Shown piece after piece: positions 63,047-64,000 of a stretch of 64,000 nucleotides of DNA. The position numbers and the translations under genes were made by a program. The DNA lies in NCBI GenBank assembly GCA_965203175.1, contig OZ241867.1, positions 6,208,001-6,272,000 of the forward strand. The letters run 5' to 3'. The notes beneath the pieces were generated by a model. The model searched no databases. It saw only the letters and a program-made list of their open reading frames with translations, and had not been told where the DNA came from. Source of the stretch: Candidatus Latescibacterota bacterium. Its GTDB lineage: Bacteria; Latescibacterota; UBA2968; UBA8231. How positions within the stretch are numbered: the stretch's first letter is position 1; each line of letters opens with the position of its first letter.

Positions 63047-63721
63047 CTATGGATATAGACGCTCTTTTACTGAGGCCCAAGGCATCAGTGAAATGTTCGT
63101 TCCCAAGACGGGTTCGGGCGCTTCTCCCCCTTCCGAGAGCAGATACGCGGGAATGGACCCTGGCGTACCCAACTCGCTGGCACCCGCATCCCAGCCGCTT
63201 TGTTCGGTTGCCGTCGCCCAGCTTTCAGGCTGGTCACCGGGCTGGTCGAAAGCAATGCGCACCATGGCGCTTTTGCTGGTTGAATCCCCGGCAAAAGGGG
63301 CTCCGCGACCATCGTCGGCCACATCGATGAGTTGGCCTCCAGCTTGCGGGTCGCCATCGTATAGATGTAAGAGCAGCTTGGTGTTGGGCAGCGAAACGGC
63401 AGAGTCAACGCGCTGAGGCTCGACGGCGAGGAGGGAGTTTTTGTGATCGGCGGCGTAGTTGGCGATGAGAAAGGTCTGTCTGGCGGGGATCGCAGCAGCG
63501 TCGAGGACGAGCATTACCTTGTCCTCGAAGCCACTGCGGTAAGTCAAAGTCCAGCCGGCTATATCAACCGTTGCGTCGCTGGAGTTATAGAGTTCGATCC
63601 ACTCGTCGGCAGTAGATGCCGTACTACCCGGCCACATCAGTTCGGAGATGATGATCGGGCCAGGTTGGGCCGAGAGGGAAGTAGCGAGGGCGAAAAAGAC
63701 AAGGGCGATAAAAGGGCGCAT
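63047..63721 (-). CDS. Secreted lamin tail domain (LTD) protein
   Basis: Signal peptide; IIISELMW, DEWIELYN, VDIAGWTL, GTPG; C-terminal PWASVK. Confidence 0.8.
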   Translation of the reverse strand: MRPFIALVFFALATSLSAQPGPIIISELMWPGSTASTADEWIELYNSSDATVDIAGWTLTYRSGFEDKVMLVLDAAAIPARQTFLIANYAADHKNSLLAVEPQRVDSAVSLPNTKLLLHLYDGDPQAGGQLIDVADDGRGAPFAGDSTSKSAMVRIAFDQPGDQPESWATATEQSGWDAGASELGTPGSIPAYLLSEGGEAPEPVLGTNISLMPWASVKERLYP

Positions 63722-63766
63722 GGCAGCCTCCAGGTTGGGGTAAAATGGCGATTGCCATGCGTTTAA

Positions 63767-63783
63767 TGCAATATGCGTGCCTA
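63767..63783 (-). promoter_or_regulatory. Putative sigma54 -24/-12 promoter
   Basis: Minus strand TAGGCACG-cata-TTGCA upstream of the LTD gene, with an AT-rich tract further upstream. Confidence 0.55.
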
Positions 63784-63885
63784 GGATTTTATTTTTTGTA
63801 ACATATTGTAAAATATATAAATATAGAATTCATACTGCGCGTCTTATCCGCGCTCAGCGCATCTATTCGACAACAGTTCTGACAC

Positions 63886-64000
63886 CTAGTCGATACAGGG
63901 CGCGCGGGCTGTGAGTGCCGCGCACAGCTTCTGTTGCAGGCCGCCGAAACCGCCATTACTCATAAAAACTACCAAATCGCCTGGGCGTGCTTCCGCAGCC
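63886..64000 (-). CDS. mpl: 3' end of murein peptide ligase (partial)
   Basis: Manual translation ...ARPGDLVVFMSNGGFGGLQQKL...*. Confidence 0.75.
   Translation of the reverse strand, partial: AAEARPGDLVVFMSNGGFGGLQQKLCAALTARAPCID

Overview
GC-rich bacterial chromosome segment. The protein repertoire (FlgD-Ig, dockerin-like, LTD, CRTAC1/ASPIC, many ankyrin, PhyH and Gfo/Idh/MocA proteins) suggests a Latescibacterota/Gemmatimonadota-like, possibly sponge-associated organism (inference only). The housekeeping backbone includes thpR, a double-length uvrA, namZ, dacA, rlmH, hpt, recA, radA, prmC, prfA, rpmE2, rho, dnaG, the 3' end of mpl and three tRNAs (Val-GAC, Ile2-CAT, Val-CAC). The main signal is a ~26.5 kb island (about 19.1-45.7 kb) directly behind tRNA-Val(GAC). 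All ~25 of its genes lie on the + strand and are punctuated by 11 complete and 4 partial attC-like recombination sites, with no integrase in the window (a CALIN-type integron cassette array). Most sites share a non-canonical branched fold. The array also shows two gene-less cassettes, an ~830 bp internal duplication with a broken attC, and visible attC erosion. Its cargo is small-molecule modifying enzymes and ankyrin/beta-propeller repeat proteins. All coordinates were read by eye and no database searches were run.
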